Below, piece after piece: positions 1-8,013 of a stretch of DNA of 15,124 nt (position 1 is the first letter of the stretch; each line of letters begins with the position of its first letter). The DNA is taken from the NCBI GenBank assembly GCA_964244895.1, contig CAXTKV010000110.1, positions 2,086 through 17,209 on the forward strand, in the 5' to 3' direction. Made by a program: the position numbers and the translations under genes. This DNA comes from an uncultured Deinococcales bacterium (GTDB lineage: Bacteria > Deinococcota > Deinococci > Deinococcales > JAAFIG01). The notes under the pieces are model-generated. The model was not told the origin of the DNA. It worked only from the letters and a program-made list of their open reading frames with translations, and did no database searches.

Positions 1-60
1 GCCACAACCAAGCCGAAGATTCTCGGGGTGCGCACCTTCGCGCGCCGCAGGAGGTCACGC

Positions 61-339
61 ATGAACATCATCATCACCGTCGGCGGATTCAACGACGCTC
101 CCGGCTTCATCATCGTCTCCGACGGGCACGGCGGCTTCAAGATCGTCAAGACGCCCGGCTGGAACCCCGAGGTGGCCCTGGAAGTCAACGCGGGCATGGC
201 GATCCTGCGCGAGGCGCAAGGTTTGAAGTCCGTGCGCGCTCAGGCGAAGCTGGTCAAGATGGCCACCGAGATTCTCGAGCCGCACCAGGCCGAGTTGAAC
301 GAGTACCTGACTAAAGCCGCGAACGCAAAGGCCGCGTAA
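61..339 (+). CDS. Hypothetical protein, 92 aa
   Basis: ATG at 61 preceded by AGGAGG (49-54); strong GC3 codon bias; TAA at 337-339 followed by a 17-bp inverted repeat. No family recognised. Confidence 0.75.
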   Translation: MNIIITVGGFNDAPGFIIVSDGHGGFKIVKTPGWNPEVALEVNAGMAILREAQGLKSVRAQAKLVKMATEILEPHQAELNEYLTKAANAKAA

Positions 340-344
340 CCGCG

Positions 345-390
345 AACACCGTCCAGCACGCGAATTCTAAACTGCGTGCTGGACGGTGTT
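345..390. repeat. Intergenic palindromic repeat, locus 1 (perfect inverted doublet; may also act as terminator between convergent genes)
   Basis: AACACCGTCCAGCACGC (345-361) / GCGTGCTGGACGGTGTT (374-390), 17/17 complementary, 12-nt spacer. Confidence 0.95.
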
Positions 391-399
391 TCTGCGATC

Positions 400-834
400 T
401 CAAACCCACCCGAGATCGTCCAGCAGGGCTTTCAAGGCTGGTTCGAGCAAGTTGTAGACGTTCTCAAAATCGTTGATATCGCCGTAAAACGGATCGGGAA
501 CCTCGGCGTCCTCGAGTAACAGTTTCGCCTTCCGGGAAACTTCAGGCCAGCGTTCCAGATCGCGCAGATTCGCCCGATCCGCCGCCAGGATCAGGTCGAG
601 ATTCGCGTCAGAATCCCTGACCTGCCGCGCGACGTGCGCAAAGCCCGCGCCGCGCTTCTCGAGCACCCGCAGCGTGCGCCCGTCCGCGCCATCGCCCGCG
701 TGCCATCCGCCCGTGCCCGCCGAATCCACCGTGAATTGCTGCTCGAGCCCGCGTTCTCGCAGCAATTTGCGGAAGATGCCTTCCGCCATCGGGCTGCGGC
801 AGATGTTCCCGGCGCAGACGAACAGCACGCTCAT
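400..834 (-). CDS. Low-molecular-weight protein-tyrosine phosphatase
   Basis: VLFVCAGNICRSPMAE P-loop (CX5R), DSAGT and DPFYG motifs. Start placed at ATG 834, which overlaps the upstream stop (ATGA). Confidence 0.93.
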   Translation of the reverse strand: MSVLFVCAGNICRSPMAEGIFRKLLRERGLEQQFTVDSAGTGGWHAGDGADGRTLRVLEKRGAGFAHVARQVRDSDANLDLILAADRANLRDLERWPEVSRKAKLLLEDAEVPDPFYGDINDFENVYNLLEPALKALLDDLGWV

Positions 835-2063
835 TCCGGCCACAAACCCTGCCCTTCGCGTTCGACGTGATACCCGGCTTTTTCCAGGTGCGCGATCACG
901 TCCAAACCGTGCTGTTCATCCCTGACCTCTAAAGCCAGTTCCACGCCGACCTTGCCCAGTGGTGCGAGCCACATCGCGCGGCGGTGGAACACGTCGATGA
1001 TGTTCGCGCCGACTTCCGCCAGGCAGTCCACCACGCGCGCCAGCGCGCCGGGGCGGTCGATCACGGAAAGTTTCAGCAACACGTAGCGTCCCTGGCGCAC
1101 CATCACCTGTTCGATCACGCGCGCCAGCAGGTTGCCGTCGATGTTGCCGCCGCACAGCACGGTGGCGACCACGTCTTCAGGCTCGAGACGGATCTTTCCG
1201 GCGATGATCGCGGCGATTCCGGCTGCGCCCGCGCCTTCGGTCACCAGCTTGGCGCGTTGCCCGCAGTGAACGATGCCGCGCGCGATCTCGTCCTCGGTGA
1301 CGGTCAGCACTTCATCTACCAGGCGCTCGATGATTTCCAGGGTGATCTCGCCGGGGCGTTTGACGGCGATGCCGTCCGCGATGGTCTGGGCGGCGCTGAC
1401 GCTGACGGGATGCCCGGCTTGCAGTGACGCGGCTACGGGTGCGCAGCCCGCCGCTTGCACGCCGATCACGCGCACGGAGGGTTTTTGCGCTTTGATGGCC
1501 GTGGCGATCCCGCCGATCAGTCCGCCGCCGCCGATGGGTACGACGATCACGCTCAGGTTCGGGAGGCGCTCTAAGATCTCGAGCCCGATGGTGCCCTGTC
1601 CGGCGATGACGCGCTCGTCGTTGAAGGCGTGAACGGTTGTGAAGCCGTGCTGTTGCGCGAGCTTCTGGGCGTGTTCGGCGGCATCGTCGAAGGTCTCACC
1701 GTGCAGCACGACCTCAGCGCCGTAGCCTCTGGTGGCTTCAATCTTGGTCAAGGGCGCGTGGCGCGGCATGACGATCACCGCGCGGATGCCGTGAACCTGC
1801 GCGGCCAGCGCCACGCCCTGCGCGTGGTTGCCCGCCGATGGCGCGATCACGCCGCGCGCGCGCTCAGTCGGGGAGAGGCTGTTGATCTTGTTGTACGCGC
1901 CCCGAATCTTGAACGATCCCGCGCGCTGCAGGCATTCGGCCTTGAGGAATACGGGTGCGCCGATGTCCCTGGAGAGCCCTTCGTCCTGGAGCGTGGGCGT
2001 CTCGGCGATCACGCCGCGCAGCGCTTCTCGGGCGGCGAGGATGTCGTTCAGGTTGACACTCAT
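831..2063 (-). CDS. ilvA: Threonine ammonia-lyase (IlvA/TdcB medium form, C-terminal ACT domain)
   Basis: LKAECLQRAGSFKIRGA PLP-lysine motif, SAGNHAQGVA, PIGGGGLIGG, CGGNID and the ACT motif DRPGALA. Confidence 0.93.
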   Translation of the reverse strand: MSVNLNDILAAREALRGVIAETPTLQDEGLSRDIGAPVFLKAECLQRAGSFKIRGAYNKINSLSPTERARGVIAPSAGNHAQGVALAAQVHGIRAVIVMPRHAPLTKIEATRGYGAEVVLHGETFDDAAEHAQKLAQQHGFTTVHAFNDERVIAGQGTIGLEILERLPNLSVIVVPIGGGGLIGGIATAIKAQKPSVRVIGVQAAGCAPVAASLQAGHPVSVSAAQTIADGIAVKRPGEITLEIIERLVDEVLTVTEDEIARGIVHCGQRAKLVTEGAGAAGIAAIIAGKIRLEPEDVVATVLCGGNIDGNLLARVIEQVMVRQGRYVLLKLSVIDRPGALARVVDCLAEVGANIIDVFHRRAMWLAPLGKVGVELALEVRDEQHGLDVIAHLEKAGYHVEREGQGLWPE

Positions 2064-2069
2064 GGACTG

Positions 2070-2099
2070 AGCTTACTTGGGTCGGAACTTAGAGGTCAG
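2070..2099 (-). promoter_or_regulatory. Putative leaderless promoter of ilvA
   Basis: Minus strand reads CTGACC-N18-TAAGCT-N6-ATG; no SD present. Confidence 0.6.
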
Positions 2100-2132
2100 T
2101 GGTCAGAGGAAAAAAGCGGGATCGCACGAGCG

Positions 2133-2190
2133 AAACACCGTCCAGGACGCACTTCTCGAGCATCGTGAATTCGTGTGTAGGACGGTCTTC
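2133..2190. repeat. Intergenic palindromic repeat, locus 2
   Basis: AAACACCGTCCAGGACGC (2133-2150), spacer containing CTCGAG (2155-2160), degenerate right arm CGTGTGTAGGACGGTCTTC (2172-2190). Confidence 0.85.
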
Positions 2191-2313
2191 TCGATGCTCG
2201 AGCCAAACCGAGCTTTGCGCCACATCCGCACGACATCCATCCCCAGTATCGCTCGAGTTTTACCTCTGACTGTTTTCCCCTGACCGTAAATTACGCCGTC
2301 CTGACCCGGAGCG

Positions 2314-2322
2314 TGCGAGAAT
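2314..2322 (+). promoter_or_regulatory. Putative extended -10 (leaderless) for the kinase-murQ operon
   Basis: TG-C-GAGAAT-N6-ATG(2329). Confidence 0.45.
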
Positions 2323-2328
2323 GCCGTA

Positions 2329-3234
2329 ATGACGGTACTCGGGATCGACGCGGGGGCTTCAAGCACGAAATGGGTGGTGCTCGACGGGAGCGGCAGGGCG
2401 CTCGAACGGGATCGGGGAACGCCGATCACCGGGCACGCCTTCGACGAAAACGGTCAGCGAGACATGCTGAACGCGCTCTCCACGGTCATCACGCGGGCGC
2501 GAGCGTACTCGCCTCGGGCGGTGGTGGCTGGAATCACGGGCCTCTCGGCAGGCTCAGAGATCGCCGGGACGCTCAAAGCGCATATCGCGACGAGCTTCAA
2601 CCTCGTGCCTGAGCGCGTCAGCGTCATGAGCGACATGGACTTGGCGTACCGGGCGCACTTCAAGTCCGCCGAGGGCATCCTGTTGTACGCCGGGACGGGC
2701 GCGATCGCGTACCACATCCGCGCGGACAACCGCGTGGTGCGGGCGGGCGGGCGAGGGTTTTTGATCGACGACGCGGGTGGCGGGTTCAGCATCGGGCAAG
2801 CGGCCCTGCGAACCGTCACGCGCTGGATGGATCTCGAGGAGGGCGCGTCGGTGGTGCAGCGCCCGTTGGCCGCCGCCATTCTGTCCGCCATCGGCTCGAG
2901 CGACTGGAACGCGATCCGGGAGCACGTCTACAGCGGTGGGCGTCGGGCGGTCGCGGCCCTCGCGCCGCGCGTCGGGCAGGCGGCTCAAAAAGGCGATCTG
3001 GTGGCGCACGAGATTCTGGTGCAGGCTGGACGAGATTTAGCGGAATTGGCGTCGGTGATGCGCGCAAAGCTCGGGGATTTGCCAATCGTGCTTTCGGGTG
3101 GCGCGCTGGAAATCAGCCCCGTGATCGAACACGCCGTGCGCGAATACCTGCCGATCAACGCGCGCTTCGCGGTTTCCAAGACCTCGAGCGCCGAGGCTGC
3201 GGCGCGCATGGCGATTCAGCTCTCCAGCCGATGA
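2329..3234 (+). CDS. BadF/BadG/BcrA/BcrD-family N-acetylglucosamine/N-acetylmuramic acid kinase (MurK-like)
   Basis: LGIDAGASST, SD, YAGTGA, RAGGRGFLIDDAGGGFSIG and LSGG motifs; overlaps the murQ start (ATGA). Confidence 0.88.
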   Translation: MTVLGIDAGASSTKWVVLDGSGRALERDRGTPITGHAFDENGQRDMLNALSTVITRARAYSPRAVVAGITGLSAGSEIAGTLKAHIATSFNLVPERVSVMSDMDLAYRAHFKSAEGILLYAGTGAIAYHIRADNRVVRAGGRGFLIDDAGGGFSIGQAALRTVTRWMDLEEGASVVQRPLAAAILSAIGSSDWNAIREHVYSGGRRAVAALAPRVGQAAQKGDLVAHEILVQAGRDLAELASVMRAKLGDLPIVLSGGALEISPVIEHAVREYLPINARFAVSKTSSAEAAARMAIQLSSR

Positions 3235-4193
3235 GCGCGGATCATCCAGATTCAATTCGGGACGCTGAGGAATCAGCCGCTCACCTCGAGCGCGACCTGG
3301 AACGGATCGCGCGTTCGGGCACGGAGAGCATCGACGCGCGCTACCCGAACCTCGATCAGTTCACTACGCCCGATCTGATCGAGGCCCTGGTTGAGGATCA
3401 ACGCAACGCCGTAGAGGCCGTCGTGCGCGCCGCCAGTGCGATCTCGAGCGCCGTGGATCAGGCCGTCGTGCGGCTCTCGCGCGGCGGACGGTTGATCTAC
3501 GCTGGTGCGGGCACGAGCGGCAGGTTGGCCTTTCTGGACGCGGCGGAACTGACCCCGACCTTCTCGTGGCCCGCCAGCCGGGCGTTGGTCTGCATGGCGG
3601 GCGGTCAGGATGCAGTCTTCAAAGCCGTCGAAGGCGCAGAAGATCATCTCGAGGCTGGACGCGCGGATGTCCTGGCGCGGAACCCCGCGCAGGACGACGT
3701 GATCATCGGTATCGCCGCCAGCGGCACGACCCCTTACGTGCTGGGCGCTTTTATCGCCGGAAAATCCGTCGGTGTGCTGACCATCGGGATCGCCAACAAC
3801 GCGGACACGCCCGTGCTGATGGCCTGCGATCTGCCCATCGCTCTGCTGACCGGGCCGGAAGTGATCTCCGGTTCGACGCGCCTCAAGGCGGGCAGCGCGC
3901 AGAAGATGGCGCTCAACGCGCTGTCTTCCGGCATCATGGTTCGTCTGAACAAGGTCTACGGCAACCTGATGGTGGACTTGCAGGCCACCAACGCCAAGCT
4001 GATTCAGCGCGCCATCCGCTTGACCACCACCGCGACGGGCTCGAGCATTGATGACGCGCGAACGGCGCTCGAAGCCTGCGGCTGGAACGTCAAGACCGCG
4101 ATCGTGATGCTCAAAGCTGAATTGGGCGCGACCGCTGCCCGAGAACGCCTGGATCGCGTTCAGGGCAGCGTCCGATTGGCGCTCGAGCAGTAA
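3231..4193 (+). CDS. murQ: N-acetylmuramic acid 6-phosphate etherase
   Basis: GRLIYAGAGTSGRLAFLDAAELTPTF, GIAASGTTPYV, TGPEVISGSTRLKAGSAQK, GNLMVDLQATNAKL. Confidence 0.96.
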   Translation: MSADHPDSIRDAEESAAHLERDLERIARSGTESIDARYPNLDQFTTPDLIEALVEDQRNAVEAVVRAASAISSAVDQAVVRLSRGGRLIYAGAGTSGRLAFLDAAELTPTFSWPASRALVCMAGGQDAVFKAVEGAEDHLEAGRADVLARNPAQDDVIIGIAASGTTPYVLGAFIAGKSVGVLTIGIANNADTPVLMACDLPIALLTGPEVISGSTRLKAGSAQKMALNALSSGIMVRLNKVYGNLMVDLQATNAKLIQRAIRLTTTATGSSIDDARTALEACGWNVKTAIVMLKAELGATAARERLDRVQGSVRLALEQ

Positions 4194-4242
4194 ATGCGCT
4201 CGCCCAGACCACCGATCTGTTCGCATTACATGATGACAATGC

Positions 4243-4285
4243 CTCGAGCTTCAGCCCGAGACGCGAGCCATGCTCGAGCTTCAGC
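4243..4285 (+). repeat. 13-bp direct repeat CTCGAGCTTCAGC x2 (30-bp period)
   Basis: Exact copies at 4243-4255 and 4273-4285. Confidence 0.7.
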
Positions 4286-4303
4286 GCTCACAGAAGTTCC
4301 ATT

Positions 4304-4442
4304 AGACTTCCTGTGAACGTGATCGAACGCGTCCCGAAGGAAGCTTAGGGACAAGCCCTACAAAACCTCCGTCCTGTAGGGGCAACCTTCATGGTTGCCC
4401 TCGCGTGAACACGTTCTCAAGACGGACTTTCCCAGGAGGTCT
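4304..4442. mobile_element. Putative MITE (139 bp) with imperfect TIRs and 3-bp ATT target duplication
   Basis: Left end AGACTTCCTGTGAA (4304-4317); right end TTCCCAGGAGGTCT (4429-4442), 12/14 complementary; ATT on both sides (4301-4303, 4443-4445); no ORF inside. Confidence 0.6.
4376..4401 (+). repeat. GTAG-type REP sequence
   Basis: GTAG followed by GGGCAACC-TTCAT-GGTTGCCC (8-bp perfect stem). A partial oppositely oriented REP, TAGGGACAAGCCCTAC, lies at 4346-4361. Confidence 0.75.
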
Positions 4443-4505
4443 ATTGGTTGCGCTGCGCCTTGAGAAAACCTTTCTGCGCTTCAGACCTGATGCGTAATGC
4501 CGTAA

Positions 4506-4545
4506 GAACACCGTCCAGGACGCGAATCGAATAACGCGTCCTGGA
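4506..4545. repeat. Intergenic palindromic repeat, locus 3
   Basis: GAACACCGTCCAGGACGCG (4506-4524) and CGCGTCCTGGA (4535-4545). Confidence 0.9.
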
Positions 4546-4590
4546 GCGCGAACGGCCCTTCAGGTGCTGTCCTGTGAGAACGAACCCAAC

Positions 4591-6228
4591 TCACGGAACG
4601 GGGTTGAGGGTCACGTCCTGCCCGTACAGCGGCAAGCTGGTCACGGTCACGGAACGCTGACCGACCAGATCGCCGGAATCCTCGGTGCCGTTCTTGTTGA
4701 CATCCACGCTGACGCGCACCGTGTACGTACCGGGTGAGATGTCGCTCAGGCTGTACGCGCCCGTGCTGCGTCCCGGCTGCAGGCTGGACTTGACGGTCTT
4801 GAGGACGGTGGCACCGTTCAGGACGGTCGTGGTCACGTTGTAACCCGACGCCGCATCCGGCCCGGACAGCGCCAGATCGGCCCGCACGAGCCCGTTGCCG
4901 GTCTGATCGTCGCGCCCTGAGCTACCCAGATCCTGCGCGGTCTCGAGCAATCGGGCAAAGATCAGGTCGGGGCTCGAGAGGCCGTTCGAGCGCAGCAGGG
5001 CCGCCACACCCGCCACGGTCGGTGAGCTGAACGACGTGCCGGATTCCTGGCCGATGCTCGCGCCCAACAGTACCCAGACGTTCCGCCCCGGCGCGACGAG
5101 ATCGAGCTTCGGGCCGTAATCCGAAAAGTTGGATCGACCGAGCGCGTTCTCGATCGATCCGACCGCCAGCACGTAGCGGTTCAACGCCGGGTACGCGATT
5201 GAACCCGCGACGTAACCCGCCGATGCCGCGTCGTTGCCGGAAGCCGCGACCAACACGGCTCCGGCCTTGTAGGCTTTCTCCAGAGCCGCATCGATGACGG
5301 GATCGGTCGCGCTCGAGCAAAGGTTGCCGCTCACCAGGCAGAAACTCATGTTGATGACCTTCGCGCCGACATCGATCGCGGTGTCCAGCGCAGCGGCGAT
5401 CGTGGCGCTGGTGCCACCAGCCGGGGCGCTACCGCCCGGATCGGTGAAAACCTTGATCGGCACGACCTGAACGCCCTGCCAGGTCACGCCCGCGATGCCC
5501 AGGGCGTTGTCGGTGGTGGCCGCCACGATGGACGCCACCGCGCCGCCGTGCGTGTCCTCGGGGTAAGTGCTGTTGCCGGGGAATTCGGTCGGTTGGTTGT
5601 CGCCGTTGCCCGGATCGAGCCACAGCCCGGATTTGGGCGTCGGCAGGGCGATGCGCCCCGAGATATCGGTCTGGTTGGCGTTGTATCCGTCGTCCAGCAC
5701 GGCCACCAGCACGCCCGCTGCGCCCTTCTGGGCATTCCAGGCGGCGGGCGCACCGATCAGGCTGAGGTTGGTCTGCTGCGCGAACTTTGGATCGTTCGGC
5801 GTCGCCAGGCGCTTGTACCGGTAATTTGGCCCGATGGCTTCGACGTTCGGGTCGTTCTCGAGCTGCGCCCGCACGGATTCCTCGCTGCCCGGATCGACCT
5901 CGAGAAGGCTGATTGACCCGAGCTGTCGCTCGGCGCGCACCGACGCTGGGCGCGCGCTCAGCGTCCCGACCCGGCCATCGCGGTAACGCACGACCAGCTC
6001 ACCGGGCACGCGCGCTGCGCCGTCACCGGGCACGCGCGCAGGAGTCTGAGCGCTCGAAATCCCGGCGCTGGCCGCCTTTGCATTCAGATCTGCGCGCATC
6101 AAGCGCCCGCTGACGACCGCCTCCGCAGCCGGAGGCTTGACTGGCTGACACGCCGTGACCGCGACGATCAACAGCGCACTCAGGAAGGGTTTCAAACGTC
6201 CGGTCGGCGCGCGAGAGGTGTCAAACAT
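4591..6228 (-). CDS. S8 (subtilisin-like) serine protease, predicted lipoprotein, with C-terminal beta-sandwich domain
   Basis: Lipobox VTAC; propeptide VPGELVVRY; catalytic triad VAVLDDG / HGGAVA / GTSFSSP; oxyanion ASGN; C-terminal DVNKNGTEDSGD Ca-binding-like loop. Confidence 0.93.
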   Translation of the reverse strand: MFDTSRAPTGRLKPFLSALLIVAVTACQPVKPPAAEAVVSGRLMRADLNAKAASAGISSAQTPARVPGDGAARVPGELVVRYRDGRVGTLSARPASVRAERQLGSISLLEVDPGSEESVRAQLENDPNVEAIGPNYRYKRLATPNDPKFAQQTNLSLIGAPAAWNAQKGAAGVLVAVLDDGYNANQTDISGRIALPTPKSGLWLDPGNGDNQPTEFPGNSTYPEDTHGGAVASIVAATTDNALGIAGVTWQGVQVVPIKVFTDPGGSAPAGGTSATIAAALDTAIDVGAKVINMSFCLVSGNLCSSATDPVIDAALEKAYKAGAVLVAASGNDAASAGYVAGSIAYPALNRYVLAVGSIENALGRSNFSDYGPKLDLVAPGRNVWVLLGASIGQESGTSFSSPTVAGVAALLRSNGLSSPDLIFARLLETAQDLGSSGRDDQTGNGLVRADLALSGPDAASGYNVTTTVLNGATVLKTVKSSLQPGRSTGAYSLSDISPGTYTVRVSVDVNKNGTEDSGDLVGQRSVTVTSLPLYGQDVTLNPVP

Positions 6229-6299
6229 GTTAAATCATCCTAATCGAGCACCTGAGCAATCACTGAAGAAATCCATCAGTTCATGATGCAGAACCCCGG

Positions 6300-6350
6300 C
6301 ACCGTGCTGGACGCGACTACTTGAGCCTAAAGAATCGCGTCCTGGACGGT
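6300..6350. repeat. Intergenic palindromic repeat, locus 4
   Basis: ACCGTGCTGGACGCGA (6301-6316) / TCGCGTCCTGGACGGT (6335-6350), 14/16 complementary. Confidence 0.88.
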
Positions 6351-6430
6351 TCATCTGCAATTCTCAGCACGAGGCTCGAGATGGATGTCCCAATCCTTCA
6401 TTTTTAGAAAGACATCCCCTCGCGCGTTTG

Positions 6431-6439
6431 TGCTATGGT
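6431..6439 (+). promoter_or_regulatory. Extended -10 promoter of the cold-shock gene
   Basis: TG-C-TATGGT, about 100 nt upstream of the ATG; implies a 5' UTR of about 90 nt. Confidence 0.55.
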
Positions 6440-6536
6440 TTCCAAATCCGACACAGACAGTGGTTCGGAAACCCGGCAGAGGCCGGAAGTATCGGTTCTG
6501 GTGCGAACCAAAACCGCGTTACAGAGAGGCAGTACA

Positions 6537-6746
6537 ATGGCAGAAGGTACAGTCAAGTGGTTCAACGGTGAAAAAGGCTTCGGATTCATCACGCCCAGCG
6601 ACGGCGGCAAGGATGTGTTCGTTCACTTCTCGGCGATCAAGGGGAGCGGCTACCGCAACCTCGAGGAGAACCAGCGCGTCTCCTACGACGCCGAAGAGGG
6701 CAAGAACGGTAAGGGCCCGCAGGCCGTCAACGTCACCGTTCTCTAA
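6537..6746 (+). CDS. csp: Cold-shock protein (CspA family), 69 aa
   Basis: [15 protein letters not shown] (RNP1) and VFVHFSAI (RNP2); GAGAGG SD at 6524-6529. True start is the internal ATG 6537 of the ORF-track ORF. Confidence 0.96.
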   Translation: MAEGTVKWFNGEKGFGFITPSDGGKDVFVHFSAIKGSGYRNLEENQRVSYDAEEGKNGKGPQAVNVTVL

Positions 6747-6762
6747 ATCGAACTCAATCGCA

Positions 6763-6788
6763 AAGAACCACCCCTCGGGGTGGTTCTT
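6763..6788. terminator. Intrinsic, likely bidirectional terminator
   Basis: AAGAACCACCC-CTCG-GGGTGGTTCTT between the convergent csp and membrane-protein genes. Confidence 0.8.
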
Positions 6789-6842
6789 CATGTTCTGGTT
6801 CTGCTCGAGCCTCACGGCCCTCGAATGTTGCTGGGTCGAGCG

Positions 6843-7736
6843 TTATTGGGCGCGCTGCCGCGCCTTGTTGATGACCGCGACCGTCAAGGCCAGAACCATC
6901 CCGCCCACCAGCACCAGGCCCGGATATTTCTCGAAAGCTTGCCACACGCCCGGCTCCAGCGCGAAGAACCCGACCAGCGCGAGCGCCCAACCGGACGCGG
7001 CCACGAGCACCATCGGTTGAACGCGCGGCAATTGGACGCGCGGCAGTTTCGAGGCGTCCAATCCCGTCACCAGGAACCCCGCGAACAGCAGGCTGACGCC
7101 GACCATGCGCCCCACGGATTCCAGGTACGTGATGCCGAAACGGTTCAGCGTGGAGGTCGAGGCCAGCGTCAGGCCCGAAACCGCGATCAACAGCGTCCCG
7201 AGCGCCCGCACCCGGTCTTTTCGCCACAGCGCGATGCTCGAGTACAGCGCTCCGCCGACCAGCCAGACCGTGCCGTAGAGGTTGAACGGGATCGTCCACG
7301 ATCGGGGAGTGGCCCAACCCGCCTGTTTGATTTCCATGAACGCCTTGCCTGAGGGCTCGAACGGCGCGGTTAGCTTCGAGAAATCGATCGGTGCGTTCAG
7401 CGCGACCAGCCCCGCCACCAGCGCCAGCACGATCAGCAGTTCGAGCGCGCGCAGTGTCCAGTCGCGCCGATCCAGCAGGTGCAGCGTGCCCTGCCCCAGG
7501 AACGCCACGCCCAGCATCGCGCCCGAAAAATACCAGAGGCGGTAGCCGCCGTCCGACCACGCGCCCTGAGCGCGCGCGATGGCTTCCACGGTCACGCCCA
7601 GCGCGAAAAACGCGATCCCGACTGTCCAGATCAACTGGTGCAGCTTGCCTCTGGATCGGTACTGCCCCCAGGTCAGCAGCGCGAACAGCCACGATACGGC
7701 GGCGGCCAGGGCGCTGAAGGCGGGATCGGAACTCAC
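6843..7736 (-). CDS. Uncharacterised polytopic membrane protein (about 297 aa, roughly 8-9 hydrophobic segments)
   Basis: Alternating hydrophobic helices (HQLIWTVGIAFFALG, YRLWYFSGA, FNLYGTVWLVGGALYS). Start moved to GTG 7736 because the ORF-track extension runs into repeat locus 5, and TG-T-CACAAT lies 7 nt before the GTG. Confidence 0.8.
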   Translation of the reverse strand: MSSDPAFSALAAAVSWLFALLTWGQYRSRGKLHQLIWTVGIAFFALGVTVEAIARAQGAWSDGGYRLWYFSGAMLGVAFLGQGTLHLLDRRDWTLRALELLIVLALVAGLVALNAPIDFSKLTAPFEPSGKAFMEIKQAGWATPRSWTIPFNLYGTVWLVGGALYSSIALWRKDRVRALGTLLIAVSGLTLASTSTLNRFGITYLESVGRMVGVSLLFAGFLVTGLDASKLPRVQLPRVQPMVLVAASGWALALVGFFALEPGVWQAFEKYPGLVLVGGMVLALTVAVINKARQRAQ

Positions 7737-7861
7737 GGCAGATATTGTGACAGCTCTTTGGTGCTGGAATGTCCCAGGTCGAACAGTTCCCAGGTTCCCC
7801 AGCTCGGTTTTTCTCGAGCATGTGGGCTGAGGGAGCTCTTCTTTTGGAGACGCGATCATCG

Positions 7862-7909
7862 GAACACCGTCCAGCACGAGATTCTTGAAATGCGTCCTGG
7901 ACGGTGTTC
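7862..7909. repeat. Intergenic palindromic repeat, locus 5
   Basis: GAACACCGTCCAGCACG (7862-7878) / CGTCCTGGACGGTGTTC (7893-7909), 16/17 complementary. Confidence 0.95.
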
Positions 7910-7970
7910 TTCATACTGCTCGCGAAAGCCTCTCGCTCGAGTGCGAACCGTTCCGCACGGCACGGTTTCC

Positions 7971-7999
7971 TTGACACCCCTCGCCATGACCGCTAGAAT
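7971..7999 (+). promoter_or_regulatory. Sigma70/SigA promoter for tRNA-His (probably continuing into tRNA-Leu and tig)
   Basis: TTGACA (7971-7976)-N17-TAGAAT (7994-7999). Confidence 0.88.
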
Positions 8000-8013
8000 C
8001 CTGTGGCTTTCGT

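Noticed and set aside
2273..2289. Radiation/desiccation response motif (DdrO box) upstream of the kinase
   Set aside because: The left half does not match the TTATG/TTACG consensus; too many mismatches.
2319..2340. GAATGCCGT-AATG-ACGGTACTC as a decayed repeat over the kinase start codon
   Set aside because: Wrong spacer length and no core; better explained as the -10 element plus normal N-terminal codons.
4414..4466. TTCTCAAG/CTTGAGAA inverted repeat
   Set aside because: Only 8 bp, straddles the MITE end and is a CTCGAG near-variant; likely chance.
5691..5701. Repeat core CGTCCAGCACG inside the protease gene (also GAACATCGTCCAG at 12925-12937)
   Set aside because: Explained by codons for the conserved VLDDG catalytic motif and for LDDV; neither has a partner arm.
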